Below are positions 50,145 through 60,184 of a stretch of 64,000 nt of DNA, in pieces. Under the pieces are notes generated by a model. It saw only the letters and a list, made by a program, of their open reading frames with translations. It made no database searches and was not told the origin of the DNA. The position numbers were made by a program, and so were the translations under genes. Every line of letters begins with the position of its first letter. Positions within the stretch are counted from its first letter, which is position 1. This DNA is from SAR202 cluster bacterium AC-409-J13_OGT_754m (lineage in GTDB: Bacteria; Chloroflexota; Dehalococcoidia; Lucifugimonadales; GCA-2712585): the NCBI GenBank assembly GCA_009391235.1, contig VEXD01000004.1, forward strand, positions 5,338 to 69,337, in the 5' to 3' direction.

Positions 50145-51341
50145 TTATGATTCGTTCTTAATAACATCGTTAACAGTAGTTGAAACGGTGCCGTCACTGA
50201 GTGATATGCTCAAAAGTTGATTGGGGGATAGCATCTTTATGCTAGAAACTACTTCGCGTGCATTATGGGTGGATATAATTGCATACCCTCGCTGTAACGT
50301 AGCCTGAGGACTTAGAGCTTCTAGGTGGATTGTTCTTGAAATAATCTGTTGTTTTAGCAAAGCAGTTTTCGATGATACGGAGAAATCCATACGTTGACAT
50401 TGATCGTCGACATTCCTGTAGATAGTGGTTATGTCTGGGATGTTATGCTCTAATTTAGATACCAGAGCCTGAATTTGTTGGGTTAAAGCAGCAGATTTAT
50501 ACGATAGTCTAATATATGCCTGTTGCATCATCAAGTAAATTTCTGTTACTAGGGCAGATCCGTCTGGAGTGGTTATTTCTGCTGCGGCTGACGGGGTTGG
50601 GGCACGAAGGTCTGCTACATAATCCGCAATCGTAAAATCTGTTTCATGTCCTATTGCACTTACTGTAGGGATGTTGCTTTTATAAATTGTCCGTGCAAGT
50701 GATTCATCATTGAATGCCGACAATTCCTCTTGGGATCCTCCACCTCTAGCTATTATGATTACGTCCGGCCTTCCGTCTAGATTAAGGGCATCTATTGCAT
50801 TACAAATGCTGGCGGGTGCATTCGCACCCTGAACTTGAGCTGATGCTAATATTACTTTAGCCAGTGGGTACCGTCTTTGTATTACATTGCATATATCGTG
50901 GAATACAGCGCCAGATGAAGAAGTAACCACACCAATGACTTTGGGAAATTTAGGAATTGTTCGTTTGCGAGAGATATCGAACAAGCCCTCATTTTCCAAT
51001 TGAGATTTTAGGCGTTCGTATTCCATAGCTAAAAGGCCGAGTCCTTCTGCCATGACGATATCACCTATGAAATCGACACTTCCTCTGGCTTCATAGAAGG
51101 TGATTCTTCCATGGCAACTAACAGATACACCACTTTCAAGAAGGTCTCGACCTTTGGTTCGCTTAAACATCACGCATTGGAGTTGGTTTGTGTCATCTTT
51201 CAGAGTGAAGTATGCGTGACCGGCTTGTGAAGTACGAAGATTAGAAATCTCCCCAGTTATCCACAAATCCAGTAACAACTCATCGTTCTCAACTAGTTGT
51301 TTTATGTAATCGGAAATCTGAGAAACAGTAAATATAGGCAA
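50145..51341 (-). CDS. xseA: Exodeoxyribonuclease VII large subunit
   Basis: GEISN, GHAYFTLKD, ARGGGS, GHETDFT, RAPTPSAAAE, LQRGYA. Confidence 0.95.
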   Translation of the reverse strand: MPIFTVSQISDYIKQLVENDELLLDLWITGEISNLRTSQAGHAYFTLKDDTNQLQCVMFKRTKGRDLLESGVSVSCHGRITFYEARGSVDFIGDIVMAEGLGLLAMEYERLKSQLENEGLFDISRKRTIPKFPKVIGVVTSSSGAVFHDICNVIQRRYPLAKVILASAQVQGANAPASICNAIDALNLDGRPDVIIIARGGGSQEELSAFNDESLARTIYKSNIPTVSAIGHETDFTIADYVADLRAPTPSAAAEITTPDGSALVTEIYLMMQQAYIRLSYKSAALTQQIQALVSKLEHNIPDITTIYRNVDDQCQRMDFSVSSKTALLKQQIISRTIHLEALSPQATLQRGYAIISTHNAREVVSSIKMLSPNQLLSISLSDGTVSTTVNDVIKNES

Positions 51342-51911
51342 TTAATTAACTCGTTCTACATACTGGCTATTTCGCGTATCTATTTTCACAACGTTACCCT
51401 CTTGGACAAATAATGGAACGTTAACATTAAGTCCAGTTTCTAGGGTGGCCGGTTTTGTTCCGCCTTGGGCACTATCCCCTTTGAGACCAGGTGGGCTATG
51501 AGAAACAACCAAGTCTACGAAAGTTGGTAGTTTAATACCGATGATTTTCCCGTTATAAAAAGTGATATCTATAGTAATCTCTTCTTTTAGGAAATCAGTA
51601 TTTGATCCAATTTGGTCTTTTGATAATTCATATTGATCATAGGTTTCATGGTCCATGAAAAAATAGAAGACAGCATCAGTGTATAGGTACTGGCTTGCTC
51701 TAGACTCTACATCAGCAGGAGAAAAACTTGTTTCATAAGCCTGGAAAGTCTTTTCAGTTACGCTACCAGTTAGGAGGTTTCTAACTTTAATTCTAGTTAC
51801 AGGAGCCCTTTGTTGCATCTTATGACGTTGATAGTCAAGGACTTCGAAAGGTTGTCCATCTATCTCGATGTTAAGTCCCTTTCTAAGGTCTCCAAATCCT
51901 AAAGATGCCAT
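51342..51911 (-). CDS. efp: Elongation factor P
   Basis: QYLY, PGLKGDSA, KPATLETG, VPLFV, IDTR; tip loop KMQQR. Confidence 0.95.
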   Translation of the reverse strand: MASLGFGDLRKGLNIEIDGQPFEVLDYQRHKMQQRAPVTRIKVRNLLTGSVTEKTFQAYETSFSPADVESRASQYLYTDAVFYFFMDHETYDQYELSKDQIGSNTDFLKEEITIDITFYNGKIIGIKLPTFVDLVVSHSPPGLKGDSAQGGTKPATLETGLNVNVPLFVQEGNVVKIDTRNSQYVERVN

Positions 51912-51929
51912 TACAAGCGTCTCCTTTTT

Positions 51930-53000
51930 TTATTTCCTAGCTTTACTTAGAGGGCGGGTCCCACCAGATTCTAACACCACTAGGTCTTCGATTCTAACAC
52001 CTCCCCAACCACTGAGATAGATGCCAGGTTCGACGCTGAATACCATGCCTTCCTTTAGTACATTTGGAGATCTAGGTCCTAAGCCAGGGTGTTCATGTAC
52101 TTCTAGCCCAATTCCGTGACCAAGGCTATGGCCAAAATATCCTTGGTAACCAGCCCTATCAAGTACTTGTCTTGCTAGGCCGTCTCCTTCTTCGCCGGTC
52201 ATTTCAGGTTTTATTGTAGCGATGGCTGTTAGCTGGGCCCCTAATACCAAGTTATAGATGTTTTGGAATCGTTCATCTGTTTCTCCCACACATATAGTCC
52301 TTGTAATGTCACTGCAATAGCCATCAAACTTCGCTCCCATGTCAATTACGAGAGGGTCACCTGATTTCAAAATCTGAGTAGTGGGCCTGTGGTGGGGCAT
52401 GGCTCCATTGGATCCAGTTGCGACGATGATTTCAAAACTCATTGAATCCGCTCCCAGTTCTCTCATTTCCCGTTCTAACTTCCAGGCTACTTCTTTTTCA
52501 GTTTGGCCTACTTGGATCGAAGGTGTGATATTTTCCATGGCTTTATCAGAGATATCTATCGCTCGTTGTAAGGCTTCTAGTTCTTGTGAATCTTTGATTG
52601 AACGCAATTTTTCAATTACTCCTTCTGTAGGAAGGAAGGAGACTTGTGTATTAGACGGTTGATTCTTGTTTAGCTCAACAAGGTGTTTTAGAGAGTTGAC
52701 TGTCATAGTTGTGCCTTCAAATCCGACAGTTTGCAGTTTCATCTCCGAAGCGATGTCTAAAAGCCAATGCCAAGCTCTTTCTATATGAATGATCTCGAAG
52801 TCAGGGGATTGTGCCTGAGCTTGTTCTATGTAGCGGAAATCTGTGGCCAGCACTGCCCGATCCCTGGATATGAGTATGTGCCCAGACGATCCAGTAAACC
52901 CGGACATATATCGACGATTTTCTGGGTGTGTTATTAAAAGCGCATCCTGTTTGCTTTCATCCAACTGGTCACGGAGTCTTTGAATTCTGGTATTCAACAT
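51930..53000 (-). CDS. Xaa-Pro aminopeptidase (M24B)
   Basis: YCSDITRT, HSLGHGIGLEVHE, SVEPGIY, GVRIED; upstream of efp. Confidence 0.93.
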   Translation of the reverse strand: MLNTRIQRLRDQLDESKQDALLITHPENRRYMSGFTGSSGHILISRDRAVLATDFRYIEQAQAQSPDFEIIHIERAWHWLLDIASEMKLQTVGFEGTTMTVNSLKHLVELNKNQPSNTQVSFLPTEGVIEKLRSIKDSQELEALQRAIDISDKAMENITPSIQVGQTEKEVAWKLEREMRELGADSMSFEIIVATGSNGAMPHHRPTTQILKSGDPLVIDMGAKFDGYCSDITRTICVGETDERFQNIYNLVLGAQLTAIATIKPEMTGEEGDGLARQVLDRAGYQGYFGHSLGHGIGLEVHEHPGLGPRSPNVLKEGMVFSVEPGIYLSGWGGVRIEDLVVLESGGTRPLSKARK

Positions 53001-53443
53001 TAGACCTCCATATTGTTAAGAGATGTTAGGTATTCCAACGCGGCGATGTAGCCTACCCATTTCATTCCTGAAACGGTGGAGTCTGCTATCCTAGAGAAAA
53101 TAGAGTTAGAGCGCCATTCTTCTCTTTTATATATGTTGCTTAAATGAACTTCTACCACAGGTTTTCGAGAATCTATGCATGCGTCTAGTAGAGAGTAGCC
53201 AACTTGAGTTAAACCTGCCGGATTAATTATTATTCCAGATGCAGTCTCAGCATTGTTGTTTAAAAATCCTACCAGTTCCCCCTCTATATTAGACTGACAA
53301 AATGAAACATCGACACCAAGTTCTTTTGCCCTGTTTTTGATTTTATCTTCGAGCGTCTTCAAGGTTATAGAGCCGTAGTGCTCGGGTGCCCTGGTTCCTA
53401 ACATGTCCAGGTTGGGTCCGTTTATGATCAGAAAAGTAGCCAT
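53000..53443 (-). CDS. aroQ: 3-dehydroquinate dehydratase, type II
   Basis: INGPNLDMLGTR, QSNIEG, IINPAG, EVHLSN. Confidence 0.93.
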   Translation of the reverse strand: MATFLIINGPNLDMLGTRAPEHYGSITLKTLEDKIKNRAKELGVDVSFCQSNIEGELVGFLNNNAETASGIIINPAGLTQVGYSLLDACIDSRKPVVEVHLSNIYKREEWRSNSIFSRIADSTVSGMKWVGYIAALEYLTSLNNMEV

Positions 53444-53448
53444 TAGTA

Positions 53449-54396
53449 TCAATTATCCTCCTCGTCTGCTGGGACATGTGCCCTAGGGTGAGTAGCTAAG
53501 TATACTTCTTTAGCTTTGCTTTGAGTTACATGAGTGTATATTTGAGTAGTGGCTGGACTGGCGTGGCCGAGCAGGGTCTGTACAACTCGTAGATCTGCTC
53601 CTCCTTCCAACAAGTGGGTAGCAAACGTATGTCTTAAAGTATGCGTATGCACTCCCGGTCTGACACCAGCTCTTTTAGCAGTGGCAGATACAACTTTCTC
53701 GATGCTTCGTTGAGATAACCTGAATCCATAGCGGTTCAGAAATAGGGCAGGAACGGGATTCTGTTCTAAGTTAGGTCTTCCTACTTGCAAATAATGTTTT
53801 AACGCATCAGCTGTCATTTGCCCTATTAATGCGATTCGTTCTTTAGAACCTTTCCCGACGACTTTCACTTCTCGGCTATCTATTTCTAAACTTGATATAT
53901 CTAAATTCGCCAATTCAGAAAGGCGAATGCCTGAGGAGTACAGTAATTCCAATAGAGCTTTGTCACGAATGCCAAAAGGTGTGGTTGTATCTGGGGTTTC
54001 AAGTAAAAGTTCAACTTCTTTCAATCCAAGAAATACCGGCAAGTGTTTCTCAACCTTTATTTGGAGGGTCTTGCTTTTGGGTATTGGATTCTTGTTTATC
54101 GTCCCATTGCGCTCGAGGAATAAGTAAAAAGAACGGAGTACCACCAACATTCGAGCCATGCTCACCCGTGCATATCCCACCCCTTTTTTAGATGCTGAGG
54201 TTGCTAACCAAGCCAAATATTTACGCAACGATTGTCGATTAAAATCCCATAAGTTCAGACCCTCATTTAGCATGAATTGCCTAAAAGGTTGTAAGTCGTT
54301 CATATAGACCCGAGTTGTGTTTGGTGAGCGGCCTTTAGTTCCTGTGAGAAATTCCGAATATTTTAACAAGAGCTGGTCCATATGATTAGGTTTCAT
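53449..54396 (-). CDS. xerC: Tyrosine recombinase XerC/XerD (start uncertain: 54426, 54396 or 54381)
   Basis: YSSGIRLSE, GKGSKER, HTLRHTFATHLL, LLGHAS and TTQIYTHV; directly follows topA. Confidence 0.88.
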   Translation of the reverse strand: MKPNHMDQLLLKYSEFLTGTKGRSPNTTRVYMNDLQPFRQFMLNEGLNLWDFNRQSLRKYLAWLATSASKKGVGYARVSMARMLVVLRSFYLFLERNGTINKNPIPKSKTLQIKVEKHLPVFLGLKEVELLLETPDTTTPFGIRDKALLELLYSSGIRLSELANLDISSLEIDSREVKVVGKGSKERIALIGQMTADALKHYLQVGRPNLEQNPVPALFLNRYGFRLSQRSIEKVVSATAKRAGVRPGVHTHTLRHTFATHLLEGGADLRVVQTLLGHASPATTQIYTHVTQSKAKEVYLATHPRAHVPADEEDN

Positions 54397-56644
54397 CCTT
54401 ACTGGGCGGATCTCCTTGCCAGGCACAATTTAAGCATGCCACTTTGTTTCGGCCTTTCATAACCATCAACCCATCGCATTCGGGGCATTGTGTGGTGAGG
54501 GGCTTATTAAAAACCGCGAATTTGCAATCGGGGTAGTTAGCACACCCAAAAAATACCCTGAACTTGGCTTTGGACCTTTTTTGAACTATATCACCTCTGC
54601 ATTCAGGACATTGGACTCCAATCTTGCTAAGAATTGCTTTGGTATTTTTACAATTGGGATATCCGGTGCAAGCCATAAATTCACCAAAACGACCAGCTTT
54701 AATGACCATTGGCTTGTTACATTTATTACATACTTCATTCGTAGGTTTTTCGTCGTTGGATTTTTTGATGTTTTTACAATCCGGGAATCCTGAGCAGGCG
54801 GTGAATTCGCCAAAACGACCAGTCTTAATGACCATTGGCTTGTTACATTTGTCGCATACTTCGTCAGTTGGTTTTTCAATTTTCAGAAGAGGCATAGCGG
54901 TTTGCGCTTCGTCTAAGGTTTTTTTGAATGGTAGATAGAAAGCCTGTAGCATAGGTACCCATTCGCGCTCTCCCCTAGCTATCTCGTCAAGTTCGTCTTC
55001 CATTTGTGCAGTAAACCCGACATCCATGACATTAGGGAAAAACTGTTTAAGCAGATCGCTAACCTGGACTCCTAGTTCCGTAGGATGGAGAACGCGTTTG
55101 TCTTTAACAACATACCCTCTGTCTGAAATGGTTGATAAGGTTGGAGCGTAGGTGCTGGGTCTGCCTATACCTTGTTGGTCGAGTAGTTTTATTAGGCTTG
55201 CCTCTGTAAAGCGTGGGGGAGGTTGAGTGAAGTGCTGACCTTTCTGTATTTCTTGGCATGACACCAAATCTCCCATTCCCAATGAGGGGAGATTTTCTGT
55301 TGGCTCGTTAGTTTCTTCGTCTGTATCCTCTACGTAAACTGTTGCAAAACCTGGAAACTTAGATCGATAGTTGTTAGCCTTTAATATGTAAAATGTTTTG
55401 TTATCTTTAGAAGTGGATTCTATATCTACTGATGTGGATTCGTATATGGCATTGGTCATTTGACAGGATAGCATTCTGGACCAAATTAACTTGTATATCT
55501 TAAGTTGATCATTGCTCAAATTTGCTCTAAGCAAGTCTGGTACCCTTAGAATAGAAGTTGGTCGTATTGCTTCGTGTGCTTCTTGGGATGTCTTGGATTT
55601 GGTTTTATATATTCTAGGTGAAGGTGGAAGGTATTTATTGCCGTATGTTTCAGCTATATACTTACGTGTTTCATTAACAGAGGTTATTGACAAGGATGTA
55701 GAATCAGTCCGCATATAAGTTATAAGACCGTCTGTTCCCTTTCCGCCAATCTGGATACCTTCATACAGTTGTTGTGCTATTACCATTGTTCTTTTTGGTG
55801 AGAACTTAAACTTTCTCCATGCCTCTTGCTGAAGAGTGCTAGTCATAAACGGAGGAGAAGGTTTGCGTTGTTTATCTTCAATCTTCACTTGCTTAACTTT
55901 AAAGGTTGATTCTTTTAGCACTGTTTCTATGGCATCAGCTTCCTTAGCAGTAGAGATCGCCAATTTGCCCTTCTGTCCCTTTATTGATGATAAGGTTGCT
56001 ACAAAAGGAGTCGATTCTTTTAATAAAGAAACCGCAATAGTCCAATATTCTGATGCCGTGAAGTTGTCGATTTCTTTTTCGCGATCACATATTAGCCTAA
56101 GAGTTACAGATTGGACTCGTCCGGCGGAGAGACCTCTTCGAACTTTTTTCCACAATAATGGGCTTAATTGATAACCAACGATTCGATCTAATATACGTCT
56201 TGCCTGTTGAGCATTTATCAGGTCATAATCCAGTTCTCGCGGATGTTCAAAAGCTGATGAGATGGCTTCTTCGGTAATCTCGTGGAAGGAGACTCGTTTT
56301 AGGGTTTTATCGGATTTGTCCCATCCTGTTGCATTGATCAGATGCCATGATATGGCTTCGCCCTCTCTATCAGGGTCGGTTGCTAAATATATTGACCTGG
56401 CATCCTTTCCGAGAGCTTTTAATTCTTTTACGACAGCTGCTTTGGGTTTCATCACCGAGTAAGATGGAACAAAGCCGTTATCAATGTCTATGCCCAACTT
56501 GCCTTTTGGTAGGTCTCTTACATGGCCAAGCGATGCAACAATCTTGTATTTATTCCCTAGAATACGGGCTATGGTTTTTGCCTTAGCAGGCGACTCTACT
56601 ACGACCAAATCAGCAGTAATGTTCTTTTTTGTTTTGGCTGCCAT
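54386..56644 (-). CDS. topA: DNA topoisomerase I (type IA) with C-terminal zinc ribbons
   Basis: VESPAKA, ATDPDREGE, SAGRVQS, LITYMRTDS (catalytic Tyr), GIGRPST, C4 zinc ribbons. Confidence 0.97.
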   Translation of the reverse strand: MAAKTKKNITADLVVVESPAKAKTIARILGNKYKIVASLGHVRDLPKGKLGIDIDNGFVPSYSVMKPKAAVVKELKALGKDARSIYLATDPDREGEAISWHLINATGWDKSDKTLKRVSFHEITEEAISSAFEHPRELDYDLINAQQARRILDRIVGYQLSPLLWKKVRRGLSAGRVQSVTLRLICDREKEIDNFTASEYWTIAVSLLKESTPFVATLSSIKGQKGKLAISTAKEADAIETVLKESTFKVKQVKIEDKQRKPSPPFMTSTLQQEAWRKFKFSPKRTMVIAQQLYEGIQIGGKGTDGLITYMRTDSTSLSITSVNETRKYIAETYGNKYLPPSPRIYKTKSKTSQEAHEAIRPTSILRVPDLLRANLSNDQLKIYKLIWSRMLSCQMTNAIYESTSVDIESTSKDNKTFYILKANNYRSKFPGFATVYVEDTDEETNEPTENLPSLGMGDLVSCQEIQKGQHFTQPPPRFTEASLIKLLDQQGIGRPSTYAPTLSTISDRGYVVKDKRVLHPTELGVQVSDLLKQFFPNVMDVGFTAQMEDELDEIARGEREWVPMLQAFYLPFKKTLDEAQTAMPLLKIEKPTDEVCDKCNKPMVIKTGRFGEFTACSGFPDCKNIKKSNDEKPTNEVCNKCNKPMVIKAGRFGEFMACTGYPNCKNTKAILSKIGVQCPECRGDIVQKRSKAKFRVFFGCANYPDCKFAVFNKPLTTQCPECDGLMVMKGRNKVACLNCAWQGDPPSKDET
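54645..54877. repeat. Tandem duplication with 126-bp period of a topA zinc-ribbon unit
   Basis: 54645-54751 versus 54771-54877: about 87 of 107 nt identical by hand count, including a 26-nt exact stretch. Confidence 0.85.
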
Positions 56645-56874
56645 TTTAATAAACGGATCCTAACGGGTGATTGAGTCTATTTGTGGTACTTAAGTTTGCC
56701 CATATACGACATTTCATAATAAGACTGTGGTTTTAGCATAGCATAGGGGAGGATACCTCACAACGGAATTTGCAGACAATGCGAAGGAAAGCAGAATTCG
56801 TCTTATTTGGTGTTGTATGAGGAACTTACAGGTTTTGCTGATAGGAGCGACAATGAAATTAGATTGTGGGTTTG

Positions 56875-56966
56875 TGGCGGAGAGGGCGGGATTCGAACCC
56901 GCGAGACCAGTCACCCAGCCTACGCGCTTTCCAGGCGCGCCTATTCGTCCACTCTAGCACCTCTCC
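56875..56966 (-). tRNA. tRNA-Ser(GGA)
   Basis: Acceptor GGAGAGG/CCTCTCC, discriminator G, encoded CCA, anticodon arm CGCGC-CTGGAAA-GCGCG, long variable arm, GGTTCGAAT. Confidence 0.95.
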
Positions 56967-57021
56967 TGGTTTACCCGCGGAAATTTGGCTCTCTATGCTG
57001 GCAGGTTTGTAGAGCCTAGTC

Positions 57022-57050
57022 AGTATGAAGAACCCTTTTAGTAGTGTCAA
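57022..57050 (-). promoter_or_regulatory. Sigma70 promoter of tRNA-Ser
   Basis: Minus strand TTGACA (57050-57045), N17, CATACT (57027-57022). Confidence 0.65.
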
Positions 57051-57179
57051 CGGATCGTCGCAAATAACTCGGTATTGAACTTTGTTCAGCGTTAAAGTAT
57101 TGCCAAATAAGTTTCTAGCTGATACAACAAATTTATCCTGAGTAAATTTATACTCTGCTTGCGAGTAGGAGGAAATATT

Positions 57180-58304
57180 TTGGATCAAACAAACAAGAGC
57201 AAGTCACCTCAAATAGAGGATTTAACCGGCAAAGCTATGACGGTTAATGGCCCGGTCAATGGCGACGAGCTTGGTTTCACGTTAATGCATGAGCATATGT
57301 TTCTTGAATTCTTTTTACACCAAAGCCCCAGATATAACACGCCTGCAACCGAGATACATTTGTGGGATGAGAAACTTACATTGGCGAATTTGCATTACGT
57401 CAGAGAGGGAAGGGCTATTAAGGATAATCTTATTCTGGTAGATGAAGAAGTTGCTATAAATGAGGTTAGTTATTTTAAACGTCATGGTGGCAATACGATC
57501 GTGGAACTTACGAATATTGGAATGGGTCGTGACCCGATGGCCTTGAGACGAGTGTCCAACGCGACCGGACTGAAAGTCATAATGGGCTCAGGGTGGTATG
57601 AAAAAAGATATTATCCCGACAACATGGACCAACTTACTGTCGAATATATGACTGACGAGATTATTAGGGATTTAACTGTAGGGGTAAACAATACTGGTAT
57701 ACGTTCCGGTATCATTGGAGAAGTTGGGATAAATGGTAACCCTGTCACAGTAAACGAAGAAAAAAGCATTAGAGCATCAGGTAGAGCTAGTGTAGCTACA
57801 GGAGCTGCTATATCGTTCCATCACGGTGGAACAGGAAGGGAAAGATTTGATGTCGCAACGATGTTACAAGACGAGGGAGTAGACCTAACAAGGGTAATTT
57901 ACGGTCATAGTAATTCATATTGCGGTGACGTGAAGTTCCTGCTGGAATTGTTGGCCCTAGGGGTGTATGTGCAATTTGATACCTTGGGCAGAGTTGGTGC
58001 ACCAGTTGCTCGAAAAGCTCCAATACCTGGGCCTGTTGTTGCGGGGATGCATCAGGTAGCTACTGATGTGTTAGTGGCAGAGGCGATTCCTCAATTAATT
58101 CACGCCGGGTTTGAGGATAGAATATTATTGTCGCAAGATGTATGCAAAAAAGATTGCCTAAAATCTTATGGAGGGATGGGGTATTCTTTTCTGCAGGAAA
58201 AATTTCTTCCTTACCTAACTGATCAAGGTGTAACGCCACAACAAATAAATAAAATGATGGTTGATAATCCTAGAAGGCTGTTGACTTTTGTTGCACCTAG
58301 GTAA
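57180..58304 (+). CDS. Phosphotriesterase-related (PTE/PHP) amidohydrolase
   Basis: GFTLMHEH, GIIGEVG (bridging Glu), FHH, GHS, LSQD, NPRRLL; TTG start after AGGAGG. Confidence 0.9.
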   Translation: MDQTNKSKSPQIEDLTGKAMTVNGPVNGDELGFTLMHEHMFLEFFLHQSPRYNTPATEIHLWDEKLTLANLHYVREGRAIKDNLILVDEEVAINEVSYFKRHGGNTIVELTNIGMGRDPMALRRVSNATGLKVIMGSGWYEKRYYPDNMDQLTVEYMTDEIIRDLTVGVNNTGIRSGIIGEVGINGNPVTVNEEKSIRASGRASVATGAAISFHHGGTGRERFDVATMLQDEGVDLTRVIYGHSNSYCGDVKFLLELLALGVYVQFDTLGRVGAPVARKAPIPGPVVAGMHQVATDVLVAEAIPQLIHAGFEDRILLSQDVCKKDCLKSYGGMGYSFLQEKFLPYLTDQGVTPQQINKMMVDNPRRLLTFVAPR

Positions 58305-58402
58305 GTTTAGGTCTTCTTGCAACTTAAGAAATCTGGCTTGTTATGGTTAAGCTTGAGTACTGAAAACGGGTTTAAATATTGCATGAGTAAAAGGAGTTAT
58401 AT

Positions 58403-59815
58403 ATGAAAAAGGAACTTCTCCAAAAAGTTTTAACTGAGATGCAGTCATATATTGGAGATATTCTTCTCCAAGAGCGGGTTGTAGGCTGTTCTATTGGAGT
58501 TGTGCTTGACCAGGAATTGATTTGGGTGAAAGGGTATGGTTATTCAAATATTGATAAACAAACCAAACCTCAGGGACACACTTTATTTAGAGGAGACTCC
58601 AATACTAAGCCATTCACAGCTATGAGCATTATGCAACTTCGTGATGAAGGGAAACTAGATATCAACGACCCGGTGATCAAGTATATACCGGAATTTGGGC
58701 GAATTGACTGTCGATATGGCTCTATTGAGGACGTTACTCTTCGTCGATTATTAACGCACAGGTCCGGGCTTCAGGGCGAACCTCCCAGCGACAGACCCAG
58801 AACGGGAATAGGTCCTACTGAGGAAGAACTTTTGAACAGCCTCCATGATATAAGCGTTGTTATTCCACCTGATTGGCAACATAAATATTGCAATTTGGGT
58901 TTTATGTTATTGGGAGTAGTAGTGTCTAGATTGTCTGGAATTAAGTACGAAGATTATATAGATAACTATATATTCAGCCCATTGGGTATGATTGCTAGCA
59001 CGTTTAACCCCGATCAATCTGAGGTTGATAGGGTTATTCAATATTACGGCCCTGAATATCAAGAAAAGTCGGCTGAGGCAATGCGATTGGAGCTTAAATC
59101 TTGGATACCGGCTGGAGGAATATATTCAAACATAGACGATATGGCAAAATGGATATCCCTGCAATTTCGAACCGATAATGATATAAGGGCTGACTCCCAA
59201 ATTCTTAAAGGTACTTCAATTGAAGAAATGCATCGTCCTCAATATTTGGAGTCTGATTGGAGCAGTGGATTGTGTATTTCATGGCATGCTTTGCGAAGTG
59301 GTGATAACGTGTATTTGGGACATGGTGGGAGTAACGCGGGTTCCAATTCGCAAACGTATTTCAACAAGCGATATAAAGTTGGGGTAATAGTCTTTACAAA
59401 TTCGGATGCCCATTCGGCCCACAATAGGATTTCAAAAGAAATAATGGATCATTGTGTGGATACTCTCGGAAGTATAAAAGAAAAGACTCAGACATCTCCG
59501 ACTATTCCTGCCCCTTCAGAAATGGAACCATTAATTGGCAGATACGCCACGGACCGCCCCCATAGTGCTATGCGTATTGTATGGTTAGACGGTACACTTA
59601 TGATGGTTGATTCTGGGCAAACCCTGCCAACTTACTTGCTTTATAAAGGAGGCAGTGGAACTCCGGCACACTTGGTTCCTACAGAAAACTCTAACGTATT
59701 CATGGCACGAGAAGGAAGACTGGCCGGGGAAAGTATCAGTTTTGAAATTGGCCCAAATGGGAAAGCGACTGGTTTCATTATGCAGACTGGGGCTCTTTAT
59801 AAAAGGATTGGATGA
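58403..59815 (+). CDS. Serine hydrolase, beta-lactamase class C-like family
   Basis: SNTK (SxxK), LLTHRSG, YCN (YxN), HGG; no signal peptide. Confidence 0.88.
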   Translation: MKKELLQKVLTEMQSYIGDILLQERVVGCSIGVVLDQELIWVKGYGYSNIDKQTKPQGHTLFRGDSNTKPFTAMSIMQLRDEGKLDINDPVIKYIPEFGRIDCRYGSIEDVTLRRLLTHRSGLQGEPPSDRPRTGIGPTEEELLNSLHDISVVIPPDWQHKYCNLGFMLLGVVVSRLSGIKYEDYIDNYIFSPLGMIASTFNPDQSEVDRVIQYYGPEYQEKSAEAMRLELKSWIPAGGIYSNIDDMAKWISLQFRTDNDIRADSQILKGTSIEEMHRPQYLESDWSSGLCISWHALRSGDNVYLGHGGSNAGSNSQTYFNKRYKVGVIVFTNSDAHSAHNRISKEIMDHCVDTLGSIKEKTQTSPTIPAPSEMEPLIGRYATDRPHSAMRIVWLDGTLMMVDSGQTLPTYLLYKGGSGTPAHLVPTENSNVFMAREGRLAGESISFEIGPNGKATGFIMQTGALYKRIG

Positions 59816-59877
59816 TCCGAAAGACAATAAAGATTAATAGGTTGTTTAGATATGATTAACTACTATGTTGATTTATT

Positions 59878-60153
59878 ATGAGGCTTCTGGGAATACCAGT
59901 TCAATTTTTATCGGTCTTCGCAATAAGTTTACTATTAACTATTTATCTTGGTGCTTGGTCGGCTCAGGGAAGAATAGAAGAAAGAACCCATAATGCTATA
60001 GTTGCTCAAGATGCTCAGTTATTAAAGGTGAACACCGTCATGATGTATTCTAGGACCATATTTGGTGACTCGGTTGCTTTGAATCAACCGCAACCTGACA
60101 TTGAAAAAGAATGGTGGGAGAATACTACTCTTTTTTTATGCCCATTACACTAG
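59878..60153 (+). CDS. Small hypothetical membrane-anchored or secreted protein ending in CPLH
   Basis: N-terminal hydrophobic segment; fills the gap co-directionally with its neighbours. Confidence 0.55.
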   Translation: MRLLGIPVQFLSVFAISLLLTIYLGAWSAQGRIEERTHNAIVAQDAQLLKVNTVMMYSRTIFGDSVALNQPQPDIEKEWWENTTLFLCPLH

Positions 60154-60184
60154 TAAGTAATCAATTAATAATTTAGATGGTTTT

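Noticed and set aside
53449-56966. Tyrosine recombinase near tRNA-Ser as an integrative element
   Set aside because: It is a XerC/D-type protein in the conserved topA-xer arrangement, flanked by housekeeping genes, and I found no duplicated tRNA 3' end (att site).
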